Shown: positions 8,969 to 17,598, counted from the stretch's first letter. The stretch is 24,000 bases of DNA from Helcococcus kunzii ATCC 51366 (GCF_000245755.1 NZ_JH601088.1:1426535-1450534); one strand, 5' to 3'. Made by a program: numbers and translations. Notes: generated by a model from the sequence alone, not told the origin.

Positions 8969-10078
8969 TTAGTCAATTATTTCTAATTCAACCTTTTCAA
9001 TCCAGCTGGATAAGTTCTTTGTTACCCATTCCCAATCTAAATCCATTGGAGTTGTTTGTTCCATAATTTCAACCATTCTCTTATCCGCTTTTTCTTGAGC
9101 TTTTTTATTTACTGGCCATGATCCAAACTCTTCAGCCCATCCACCTTGAACTTCTGCAGAACCAAACCAATTAATAAAATCTTTTGCTAATTGATAATCT
9201 TTGTCATCCCCTTTATTTATAATTCCGATTTGTTCTTTCATTGATACTACACCATATTCTGGATTTACTGGTGTAGACTTGTGACCAAATTGTTTTTCAG
9301 CTCCTGGGATACCTGATGAAAATGTGAATGTCACAGGGATCTTACCATTTGAGAAGTTTTCATTTTCGTCTTCAGCTTCAGGTGTAACACGACCATTTTT
9401 ATACCATGAATCTACTACATCCCACGCTTCTTCTTTAACGCCTAATTCAGCAGCATCATCCTTAAATGCATACAATACAGAGATAAGCGCTTTTTGATTT
9501 GTACCACCAGTTAAATTACTTGGTAATTTATATTTTCCTTTGAATTTTTCATTTGTTGCAAGATCTACCCAATCTTTTGGACCTTCTTTAATATATTTTT
9601 CATTAATTAACATCATAATTCTTTGTTCAACCAATGGATAATAATATCCCTTACCGGAAATATTCTTTTCATCCACTTCTTTAGCCCAATCCGGTTCAAA
9701 TTCAACTAATAAATTTTCGTTTTTAATAGTTCCAAACATCGCATCATCAAGACCGAAAACTATATCAGCTTGTGGATTTCCTTTTTCAGCTAAAACTCTA
9801 TTAAGTGTATCTCCTCCACCAGCACCAACAATTTGTAGTTCAAATCCTTTTTCTTTAGCCTTTGATACTAACCATTCTTCTCTACCATCAGCATTTGAGT
9901 TTGTATAAATAGTTAACTTTTTACCATTAGAATTTCCATCTTTATTTGATTCATCCTTTGAATCACCCTCAGAAACTGATTCTCCTTTTGATTCATCTTT
10001 TGTATCATTTGTATTGCTACAAGCAACAAAAGAAAATACCATTACTAATGCAAGTAGCATTGCTATTATCTTTTTCAT
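8969..10078 (-). CDS. ABC transporter substrate-binding lipoprotein (iron(III)/thiamine/AfuA-type SBP fold)
   Basis: I moved the start to ATG 10078 (RBS TTGGAGGA). MKKIIAMLLALVMVFSFVAC is a lipoprotein signal with a lipobox Cys. A Ser/Asp/Glu/Lys-rich tether follows (NTNDTKDESKGESVSEGDSKDESNKDGNSNGKK). It is the first gene of the SBP-ATPase-permease-GDPD unit. Confidence 0.75.
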   Translation of the reverse strand: MKKIIAMLLALVMVFSFVACSNTNDTKDESKGESVSEGDSKDESNKDGNSNGKKLTIYTNSNADGREEWLVSKAKEKGFELQIVGAGGGDTLNRVLAEKGNPQADIVFGLDDAMFGTIKNENLLVEFEPDWAKEVDEKNISGKGYYYPLVEQRIMMLINEKYIKEGPKDWVDLATNEKFKGKYKLPSNLTGGTNQKALISVLYAFKDDAAELGVKEEAWDVVDSWYKNGRVTPEAEDENENFSNGKIPVTFTFSSGIPGAEKQFGHKSTPVNPEYGVVSMKEQIGIINKGDDKDYQLAKDFINWFGSAEVQGGWAEEFGSWPVNKKAQEKADKRMVEIMEQTTPMDLDWEWVTKNLSSWIEKVELEIID

Positions 10079-10403
10079 ATAATCCTCCAATTTTCGTGTT
10101 AAATAATATAGCATATAAATTATTTACAACTTGAGTGTACATGTTAAATATTAAAACCATATTAAATCGATGTAAAAAATTGTTAAATCTGGTAAAAAAT
10201 ATATTATCAAAAATGATAAAAATAAGGTGTCAAAACTTGTAACCATCACATATATCTGCATTGTCTTAAAATAAATTTCAAAAAACGCATTAACTTTCCT
10301 AACTAGTTTTTCATTATCATTAGTGATATGATTAACATAGTAAATATGAGTATATTACTCAAACTAACGGGTATTGTTAATAATTTATTTTTAGGTGGAT
10401 GCT

Positions 10404-12152
10404 ATGAACAAATTAAAAAAATATATAATTTCATTTTCTACTTTACTAATACTTCTTTTTACATCACATATAGCTTTAGCTAATAATATTGAATCAATTA
10501 ATTCTAAAGCAAAAATACATAAAGACGGATCTGTTACCATTACGGAACATCGTATTTTCCATGCCGAAAAAGGGACTGAACATTATCTAACTTTCGGAAA
10601 TTTAGGACCTTCAGAACTTTTAGATTTTAAGGTTTATGAGAAAGGTGAAGAATTACAAAACATAGGGTCATGGGATACCAAAGCAAGTTTAGAGGAAAAG
10701 GCTGGGAAATACGGTGTCAATAAAACTTCTGGTGGTATTGAATTATGTTTCGGCATAGGCAGTTATGGCAAAAAAGATTTTACTATTGAATACACATTTT
10801 CAAATTTCATTAGAGAATTGCAAGACGGAAAACAGGCTGCTTATTGGTACTTCATTCAGCCTAATATGAATCCAGTTTCAGAAATTGAAATCATTGTAAC
10901 AAATGATTTCGGATTTAATTTCAAAACTTCAGGGACAAAAATTTGGGGCTTCGGATATAAAGGACTAACAGAAATACTAGATAATCAACTCTCATTAACA
11001 GCAAATAAAGGATTTAACACAAGCGATTATATTGTAATGTTAAGCATTTTCCCCGAAAAGACTTTCAACACAACAGCAAAGTCTAAGCATACTTCAAAAA
11101 GCATATTAAATTTAGCCATGACGGGAGCTACTTCAAATGAAACAGTACAAGAAAATCCTACAAATAATAGAAAGAGTAATTTTTTCTCAAATGATGCTGA
11201 AAGAAATAAACTAATACTGTTTGGGTTAATATGGTTAGGTGCTGCAATTCTCATTTATCCTTTAGTTTATGCTAATGAAAAGCGTAAAAAGAAAGAAGAA
11301 TATGAGGAAACACATAGATATATTACATATACACGCGAAGGTACATATTATAGAGAAATTCCATATGATGGAAAGATAACAGATATTGGAGAATTTTTCA
11401 CTGCTCCCCTATCACAATATATTATGGTTTTAATATTGAAATGGATACAAGACGGATATCTTAAAGAGACAAAAACTAAGAAGGGTTTAATCTTTAAAAA
11501 AGAAAAATTTGCCCTTGCTATTAATGAAAACATTCATTTTGAATCTGATTCACAAGCAGAAAAAGAACTTTGGGAAATGATTGTGTCAGCCTCAGGTGAA
11601 GACAAAATATTATCCGAAAGAGAATTTTTAGATTATGTTTATAAATATGAGAATGGTATAAATTGGTGGCATGGTCATATAAACAATGAAGGAATAAAGA
11701 ATTTAGAAAAAGAAAACTACATAAAAGCAGAATATAAAAAGTTTTTCATATTCTTTACGACTAAAAGATATAAAGCAACCAAAAAAGGTCAACAACTTAT
11801 CGACAATATTATGGGATTTAGAAACTACCTACTAGACTTTTCCCTTCTTTCTGAAAGAGAAGTTGGCGATGTTAAACTCTGGGAAAAATACATGATCTGG
11901 GCTAGTATGATGGGAATAAGTAAAGAAGCATACAAACAATTAAGTTTAGTAAACGCTAAAATTGTTGAAAAATTCAACTATAATTTTGACACAATATCTT
12001 CAGCAGATAGCTTTGCATCAAGCATAGAAAGATCTCAAAGAATTATAGATAATCGATACGAATCTTCAAGCTCCTCTGGTGATGGCGGTTCATCCTACAT
12101 CGGTGGCGGAAGTGGTGCCGCAGGAGAAAGCTCTGGCGGTGGAACAAGATAA
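10404..12152 (+). CDS. DUF2207-like membrane protein
   Basis: It has an N-terminal signal/TM segment (IISFSTLLILLFTSHIALA) and an extracytoplasmic domain. These are followed by a central TM (LILFGLIWLGAAILIYPLVYA), a cytoplasmic domain and a Gly/Ser-rich tail (SSSSSGDGGSSYIGGGSGAAGESSGGGTR), all typical of DUF2207. I prefer ATG 10404 (RBS AGGTGGA) over the track's GTG at 10395. Confidence 0.65.
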   Translation: MNKLKKYIISFSTLLILLFTSHIALANNIESINSKAKIHKDGSVTITEHRIFHAEKGTEHYLTFGNLGPSELLDFKVYEKGEELQNIGSWDTKASLEEKAGKYGVNKTSGGIELCFGIGSYGKKDFTIEYTFSNFIRELQDGKQAAYWYFIQPNMNPVSEIEIIVTNDFGFNFKTSGTKIWGFGYKGLTEILDNQLSLTANKGFNTSDYIVMLSIFPEKTFNTTAKSKHTSKSILNLAMTGATSNETVQENPTNNRKSNFFSNDAERNKLILFGLIWLGAAILIYPLVYANEKRKKKEEYEETHRYITYTREGTYYREIPYDGKITDIGEFFTAPLSQYIMVLILKWIQDGYLKETKTKKGLIFKKEKFALAINENIHFESDSQAEKELWEMIVSASGEDKILSEREFLDYVYKYENGINWWHGHINNEGIKNLEKENYIKAEYKKFFIFFTTKRYKATKKGQQLIDNIMGFRNYLLDFSLLSEREVGDVKLWEKYMIWASMMGISKEAYKQLSLVNAKIVEKFNYNFDTISSADSFASSIERSQRIIDNRYESSSSSGDGGSSYIGGGSGAAGESSGGGTR

Positions 12153-12175
12153 TATTATAATTTGTGTATAAGGAC

Positions 12176-12596
12176 TTTTAGCACCATATTTTGATTTCTA
12201 AAATTTGGTGCTAATTTTTTTAGATGATTTTAGCACCATATCTATTTTTTTAAAAAATGGTGCTAGATTTTTATAAGAATTTTTAGCACCAAATATGATA
12301 TTTCTCAGTTTGGTGCTATTTTAGCCAAATTATTTTAGCACCATATCTGATACTTCTTCTTTTGGTGCTATTTTTATCCATAACTTTTAGCACCATATTT
12401 GAAATTTTTCATTTAGGTGCTAGTTCTTATGAATCTCCTTAAAAATTCTAAGAGTTTTGGAACTAAATTTCAATTTTTAATATTTAGTTCCAATTTTCTC
12501 AAGGCATTTTGGTACTAAATTTCCATTTTTAAAATTTAGTTCCATTTTCATCCAAATTTTTTGGTACTAAAATCGATTTTTTCAAATTTAGTACCA
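12176..12596. repeat. Array of 8 tandem hairpin-forming inverted repeats: five TAGCACCA/TGGTGCTA units and three TGG(T/A)ACTA/TAGT(A/T)CCA units
   Basis: 5' arm cores start at 12179, 12231, 12284, 12336 and 12388, then at 12458, 12510 and 12562. 3' arm cores start at 12206, 12258, 12311, 12363, 12415, 12485, 12537 and 12589. The arm-to-arm offset is exactly 27 nt in all 8 units. The unit period is 52-53 nt except for a 70-nt step between the two subfamilies. Loops and inter-unit spacers diverge while the arms are conserved. Confidence 0.9.
12178..12221 (+). terminator. Rho-independent terminator of the DUF2207 gene (also unit 1 of the hairpin array)
   Basis: TTAGCACCA (12178-12186) pairs with TGGTGCTAA (12206-12214). 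The stem extends via ATTTT/AAAAT around a 7-nt loop and is followed by TTTTTTT (12215-12221). Confidence 0.7.
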
Positions 12597-12643
12597 TTCC
12601 CACAAAAACTTCCAATACCCATTCTAAAAATTAAATCATTTTC

Positions 12644-13591
12644 CTATTGTCTATCTGAATGTATTGACAGTGCCCCTATTAAATTGGCGTCATTTCTATA
12701 TTTACATGTGACAACTTCCGGTTTGCTAAATGGGATGAATGGTATTTTGCCCCAAAGCTTGTCTACATGTTTTCTAATTATTTCGGTGACTTCTTTTCTT
12801 TCGCTTATTCCGCCACCTATTGCAATTTTTTCTACATCGAGAATGCTTTGTATGGTATAAATGCCTGTTGCTGCCAAACTTCCAAATCTATCTAAAGCTT
12901 TTATTGCTTCTTCTTCATTGTTATCGTAGGCTTCAAAGAATTCAATGCCATTTACATCTGCTATAACTTTTCCTGATTTTAGCATTTCATCTTTGTATAT
13001 GTTTATTAGACCTGTTGTTGAAAAGGAGCTTGCCATAAAAGGGCTCAACTGTCCTGTTTTGTCAGCACCAAGGATTGAGATTTCTTCCATATTGGCTAAT
13101 TTTTCGAAATTGGAAACTATATGTGAAAGTTCACCAGACCCGAAAGAATTTCCCATTCTCACTTTGCCATCTAGGATTACTCCACCGCCCGTACCGGTTC
13201 CGAGAACTATTACTACTCCATCTTTTACATCTGATAATGCACCACTCCACGCTTCCGCTTTAGCTGCACATTTTGCATCATTTGCAATGGTGATTGGAAC
13301 ATCTAAATGTTCATTTAGTTTTGCGACAATTGGAAAGTCTTTTACAAACATGTACACACCAAGTGTGTGAGCGATACCTTTATCTGTATCTATCCTACCT
13401 GGTAATGATATGGCTATTGAATCAATGATATCTTCATATTTTTTACACAGATCTACTAGGGAATCAACTACTTCTGTTTTAGATTTATAATTTGAAGGAA
13501 GTTTCCCTTTTTCTAAAAATTTGCCATTTTCATTCATAAGTGCATATTTGGTATATGTGCCACCAACGTCCAAAACTAAATACTTTTTCAT
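12644..13591 (-). CDS. ROK-family sugar kinase (BglK / GlcNAc-kinase-like, no Cys-rich zinc motif)
   Basis: KYLVLDVGGTYTKYAL is the N-terminal ATPase phosphate-1 motif, and VIVLGTGTGGGVILDGKVRMGNSFGSGELSH is the ROK signature region. The RBS is GGAGAG. It is the last gene of the operon. Confidence 0.8.
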   Translation of the reverse strand: MKKYLVLDVGGTYTKYALMNENGKFLEKGKLPSNYKSKTEVVDSLVDLCKKYEDIIDSIAISLPGRIDTDKGIAHTLGVYMFVKDFPIVAKLNEHLDVPITIANDAKCAAKAEAWSGALSDVKDGVVIVLGTGTGGGVILDGKVRMGNSFGSGELSHIVSNFEKLANMEEISILGADKTGQLSPFMASSFSTTGLINIYKDEMLKSGKVIADVNGIEFFEAYDNNEEEAIKALDRFGSLAATGIYTIQSILDVEKIAIGGGISERKEVTEIIRKHVDKLWGKIPFIPFSKPEVVTCKYRNDANLIGALSIHSDRQ

Positions 13592-13612
13592 TATGCTCTC
13601 CTACTTTATTAA

Positions 13613-14362
13613 TTATTTATTTGATTTTACCGCAGTGATGAATCTTTCCGCTATTTCTGGATCTACATCAATATATGTATTTTCTGAATCTTTAAATATT
13701 GAATAGTTTATTTTATTTTTTGTTGTAATGTCTTCATAATTTTTCTTACAAGAACTATGGACATATTGAGCGTTTGTAGATTTTAACAGTTCAACCACAT
13801 TGTCAGGATTTATTCCAGAACCCAAAATTATCTCAATTTTATTTTCATATTTTTGAACAAGTTCTTTAATTAAATCTGTATTTTCCAATGCACTTGCTGT
13901 TTGCCCACTAGTTAATACCCTATCTACTTTCAATTCTATTAAATCTTCAATTGATTGGAATGGATCTTTTGTATTATCAAATGCTCTGTGGAATATTGCA
14001 ATCTTTCCAGCATTATGAATCTTCTCTACAAATATTTTCGTTTTTTCCTTATCTATTTCAAAATCTTCTGTTAAGAAACCAAAAACTATTCCGTCAATTT
14101 TTTCATTTAATAAAATATCCAATTCTTCTAACATTTCACTAAATTGATTATCAGTATAGCAAAAACCCGCAGCACGATTTCTAATCATACAATTCTTTTT
14201 GATATTGATATTTTCTGCAATTTTTCTCAATACACCAGGACTTGGAGTCAATCCGCCTAGACATAGTGCAGAATTGATTTCAACACTATCAAATCCTAAC
14301 TTTTCGGCTAATTTTGCGGCTTCATAGTTTTCAATACATAATTCGACTTTGACTTCATTCAT
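13613..14362 (-). CDS. cutC: CutC-family TIM-barrel protein
   Basis: VELCIENYEAAKLAEKLGFDSVEINSALCLGGLTPSPGVL matches the CutC N-terminal consensus (LEVC..s...A...GAdRiELcsaL..GGlTPS.G). The length of 249 aa fits, and the RBS is TGGAGGGAA. Confidence 0.75.
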   Translation of the reverse strand: MNEVKVELCIENYEAAKLAEKLGFDSVEINSALCLGGLTPSPGVLRKIAENINIKKNCMIRNRAAGFCYTDNQFSEMLEELDILLNEKIDGIVFGFLTEDFEIDKEKTKIFVEKIHNAGKIAIFHRAFDNTKDPFQSIEDLIELKVDRVLTSGQTASALENTDLIKELVQKYENKIEIILGSGINPDNVVELLKSTNAQYVHSSCKKNYEDITTKNKINYSIFKDSENTYIDVDPEIAERFITAVKSNK

Positions 14363-14404
14363 TGATTCCCTCCATTCACAATATAAATATTATCTATACT
14401 TCTA

Positions 14405-15526
14405 TTATACAATAATATCACCATCTTCAACTTGATTTAATTTATATATACCATAAGCGTAGATTTTCGCACATTTCACTAAATCATCGATATCCATCCA
14501 TTCGTTTGGTAAATGAGCGATTCCATTTTGGCCTGGAAATGATGGACCAAAAGGAATGACTGTCTTTATTTTATGCGCATAAGTCATACCTGTAGTTGTT
14601 GTTGGCTCGATTTCTTGACCTGTCGCTTCTATATATGCTTGATTTAGTAATTTCACATTTGTAGATTCTGGATTTTTAAGAGCAGCTTCTGTGTAATTTA
14701 TAAGGGAAACTTCTAAATCTTCAGCTTTTTCTTTTATTTTTTCTATAATTTTTTCAATGTCACATTCCCCCATTGAAAGTTGAAATCTTAGACTTTCTTT
14801 TGAATCTTCTGTAAATATTCTATATCCTCTAACTATTAGTTTTCCAAAATACTTATCTTCAAAATCTATACCAAGTCTTTTACCATTATTATCAGCATTT
14901 AGAATGTATTTGTTTAAGAATGTGTATAGTTTTTCTTTATCCCCTGAAACTTTAATATTTGCTCTTGCTCTTTCCCCATATATCGCTGGGAATTTGTTAT
15001 CCGGAACAAAACCAAGCACTGGTAGTTTCTCTTTAGACAAATAGTAGTCTATATCAGACATTCCGCTTTCTTCGTCTGCACCAAATACAATTCTTATTTC
15101 TCTCTTTGGTTTAATCTCTAGGTTTTTTAATGCAATAAGTCCATATAAAGCAGCAATTGCCGGCCCTTTATTATCTAACGCACCTCTTGAATACATTCTA
15201 TTTTCTATAATTTTTCCAGAAAAAGGTGGACAAATCCAATCATCCCAATCACCTTCTGGCACTACATCTAAATGTCCAAAAATTCCCATGTGTTCTTCTG
15301 AATCACCATATTTTGCATACGCCATATATCCATCAACATTTTTCATCGTAAAATTTTCTCTCTCACAAATTTGTAAAATTGCATCTAATACTTTTCTACA
15401 ATTCTCTCCAAAAGGTGCATTTTCTTTTGGAGATGATTTTACACTTGGGATATTAATTATCTTTACTAAATCCTCTATCATTTGGTCTTTAAGTCTATCT
15501 ATTTCAGCAAATAACTTTTTTTTCAT
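14405..15526 (-). CDS. M20-family metallopeptidase (PepV/Sapep-like dipeptidase, short form)
   Basis: GIFGHLDVVPEGDWDDWICPPF, YSRGALDNKGPAIAAL and VFGADEESG are the M20 metal-ligand and catalytic blocks. The start ATG overlaps the upstream stop by 1 nt (TAATG), and the RBS is GGAGGG. Confidence 0.8.
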   Translation of the reverse strand: MKKKLFAEIDRLKDQMIEDLVKIINIPSVKSSPKENAPFGENCRKVLDAILQICERENFTMKNVDGYMAYAKYGDSEEHMGIFGHLDVVPEGDWDDWICPPFSGKIIENRMYSRGALDNKGPAIAALYGLIALKNLEIKPKREIRIVFGADEESGMSDIDYYLSKEKLPVLGFVPDNKFPAIYGERARANIKVSGDKEKLYTFLNKYILNADNNGKRLGIDFEDKYFGKLIVRGYRIFTEDSKESLRFQLSMGECDIEKIIEKIKEKAEDLEVSLINYTEAALKNPESTNVKLLNQAYIEATGQEIEPTTTTGMTYAHKIKTVIPFGPSFPGQNGIAHLPNEWMDIDDLVKCAKIYAYGIYKLNQVEDGDIIV

Positions 15527-16575
15527 TATCCCTCCACGATTTTATTAAAACTTTCTCTATTTGTATTTTTTATAATCAATTCTACTAGTTTAATACATTC
15601 CTCTATATCTGATTTATGGACAATACTATGATTTGTATGCATATATCTTATAGGGATGGAAAGTGATAAGTTAACAACTCCTTTTAACGTCTTATGAATG
15701 TTTCCTGAATCAGTACCACCTCTATTAAAAACTGCATACTGATATTTTATCCCATTATTTTCACATAAATCTTCTATCCATCTCATCAATCCTCTATGAG
15801 CTATGCTATTTGAATCAATAAAAGATAAAACGACTCCACCGCCTAATTTCACAATATTTTCATCAAATGGTGTATCCCCTGCAACGATAGTATCAATTGC
15901 AATTCCAATATCTGGCTCAATCATATGTGTTGAAGTCCTTGCTCCTCTAAGTCCTGGCTCTTCTTGTACAGTAAATGCCCAATAAAGCTCGCAATCGGAT
16001 TTAATATCTTTTTTCAAAGTTTCCAAACCAACAAAACATGAGACCCTATCATCAAAAGCTTTATTTAACAATGTTTTCCCAAATCCTAATTCAGAAAATT
16101 GAGATACAGGAGTGACCATATCTCCAATTTGAATATTCGCCCTTTTTATCTCTTCAGCATCCATTCCTAAATCTAGATACATTTTATCCTTAGGAATGGT
16201 CTTCTCTCTTTCCTTTGGATCTATCATATTATGTGATGAGGGACTGGAAATAACGCCTAAATATTGTTTGTTGTCTCTCGTTGTAAGTGTATAAAGTTGT
16301 CCAACTACTAAATGAGGCCATAAACTTCCTAGCATTCTAAGTTTTAAGAAATTATCTTCAATACTTTCGACTATAAAGCCAACCTCGTCCATATGTGTTG
16401 CGAACATCAGCTTAATCGCATTTTCATCTTTCTTTTTATCATCATATGCAATTATACTGCCGATACCATCATAAAAATAATTTGAAACTTCTTTCTCTAT
16501 CAAATCAGAAACCGACTTTTCAAATGAGGAAACCCCATTAATTGAAGATAATCTATTTAGTAAATCTAAATCCAT
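15526..16575 (-). CDS. M42-family aminopeptidase (FrvX/YsdC/TET type), catalytic residues intact
   Basis: All canonical M42 blocks are present: FATHMDEVGFIV, KAFDDRVS, FTVQEEPGLRGA, GIAIDT and IRYMHTNHS. The start abuts the upstream stop (TAAATG), and the RBS is GGGAGAGA. Confidence 0.85.
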   Translation of the reverse strand: MDLDLLNRLSSINGVSSFEKSVSDLIEKEVSNYFYDGIGSIIAYDDKKKDENAIKLMFATHMDEVGFIVESIEDNFLKLRMLGSLWPHLVVGQLYTLTTRDNKQYLGVISSPSSHNMIDPKEREKTIPKDKMYLDLGMDAEEIKRANIQIGDMVTPVSQFSELGFGKTLLNKAFDDRVSCFVGLETLKKDIKSDCELYWAFTVQEEPGLRGARTSTHMIEPDIGIAIDTIVAGDTPFDENIVKLGGGVVLSFIDSNSIAHRGLMRWIEDLCENNGIKYQYAVFNRGGTDSGNIHKTLKGVVNLSLSIPIRYMHTNHSIVHKSDIEECIKLVELIIKNTNRESFNKIVEG

Positions 16576-17577
16576 TTATCTCTCCCTTCTTATCAAATTA
16601 CTAATATTCTCATCTTCAATAAGCTTCAATAGAAATGTTTCTAACTTTTCAATATCGTTTTTAGAAACAATAACACTTGATGTTCCCATATTTTTCATTG
16701 GTATACCGACGGAAAGTGTTGGTACCCCCGCTAAAGTTTTATGAATAAATGAACCATCATTTCCTAAAACCCCCACATATGGTTTAGTTTCATATCTTTC
16801 TGTAATATACCTCAATAGATTTTGGTCTGGTATCATCTTTGAATCATAATATCCAACAATAACGCCATCTCCTAATTCTATCTTTGGATTTGAATTATTT
16901 ACTTCAAATCCTGTCACTACTATTGCCAAATCTGGCTCAACTACATGGTTTGCAGTTTTTGTGCCTCTAAAACCAATGGTGGATTGAGCAATCGCACCAA
17001 TGTAGAAATTATTATTTAATTTCCTTTCTTTAATTTTTTCAAGTATCTTTATACTCAAATATTGTGGTATTTTTTGAGTTAAACTCCTTCCAATAATATT
17101 ATTTTCCGTTTCTATTAACTCAGACTCTAGCGCAATTAAATCACCTATATTTAATTTTGTGTCGTCAAATGTTTCGACATATAAATCCTCTAACTTAATA
17201 GTTGAGATTTTTTCTTCTAATATTTTCTTATTTATTGTGATAAACCCACTAATATTCTCATTATCTCTAGTTGTGATGTTTACTCTTTGATGCAATAAAG
17301 ATGCTGGAGATAAATCTTCTAAAGTTAAAAAGTTTGCATGATTATCTTTATCAACAGCGCTAACTATTAATCCTATTTCATCCATTGCACATGCAATCAT
17401 TATTTTTTTTCTATTTTCTGGATTTTCAACTAATCTTTTCGCAAATATAGAATAAAGTCTATCTTCTACAATTTCATCAGAATATTTTTTATACCTTTCT
17501 TTTAAGTAAGTATTTAGTTTCTTTTCACAACTTGAAACAGAGTAAATGTCATATATTTCCCTTAACTCATCAAACAT
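16576..17577 (-). CDS. M42-family paralog with all metal-ligand/catalytic positions substituted (probable pseudo-peptidase)
   Basis: It is collinear with the neighbouring M42, but the aligned blocks read CAMDEIGLIV (H to A), RSLTQKIP (DDR to TQK), AIAQSTIGFRGT (EE to QS), AIVVTG (D lost) and MKNMGTSSV (H lost). I moved the start to ATG 17577 (RBS TTGGAGG). The track's start at 17589 is a TTG inside that RBS. Confidence 0.8.
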   Translation of the reverse strand: MFDELREIYDIYSVSSCEKKLNTYLKERYKKYSDEIVEDRLYSIFAKRLVENPENRKKIMIACAMDEIGLIVSAVDKDNHANFLTLEDLSPASLLHQRVNITTRDNENISGFITINKKILEEKISTIKLEDLYVETFDDTKLNIGDLIALESELIETENNIIGRSLTQKIPQYLSIKILEKIKERKLNNNFYIGAIAQSTIGFRGTKTANHVVEPDLAIVVTGFEVNNSNPKIELGDGVIVGYYDSKMIPDQNLLRYITERYETKPYVGVLGNDGSFIHKTLAGVPTLSVGIPMKNMGTSSVIVSKNDIEKLETFLLKLIEDENISNLIRRER

Positions 17578-17598
17578 ATTAACCTCCAATTATAATGA

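Noticed and set aside
12176-12596. Possible CRISPR array, given regularly spaced short repeats with variable intervening sequence
   Set aside because: The conserved cores are only 8-11 nt and alternate in orientation as inverted pairs, rather than being 25-40-nt direct repeats. The 'spacers' are 17-19 nt and AT-rich with T-runs. No cas genes or leader are present in the window.
12561-12860. 99-aa + strand ORF spanning the last hairpin units and the 3' end of the ROK gene
   Set aside because: It starts inside the repeat array, has no RBS and gives a low-complexity translation. It is antisense to a well-supported ROK CDS and is most likely a chance ORF in AT-rich DNA.
12945-13370. 141-aa and 62-aa + strand ORFs antisense to the ROK kinase gene
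   Set aside because: They lie entirely within a CDS that has clear family motifs on the other strand. The translations are Pro/Ser/Thr-rich mirror-frame artefacts with no RBS.
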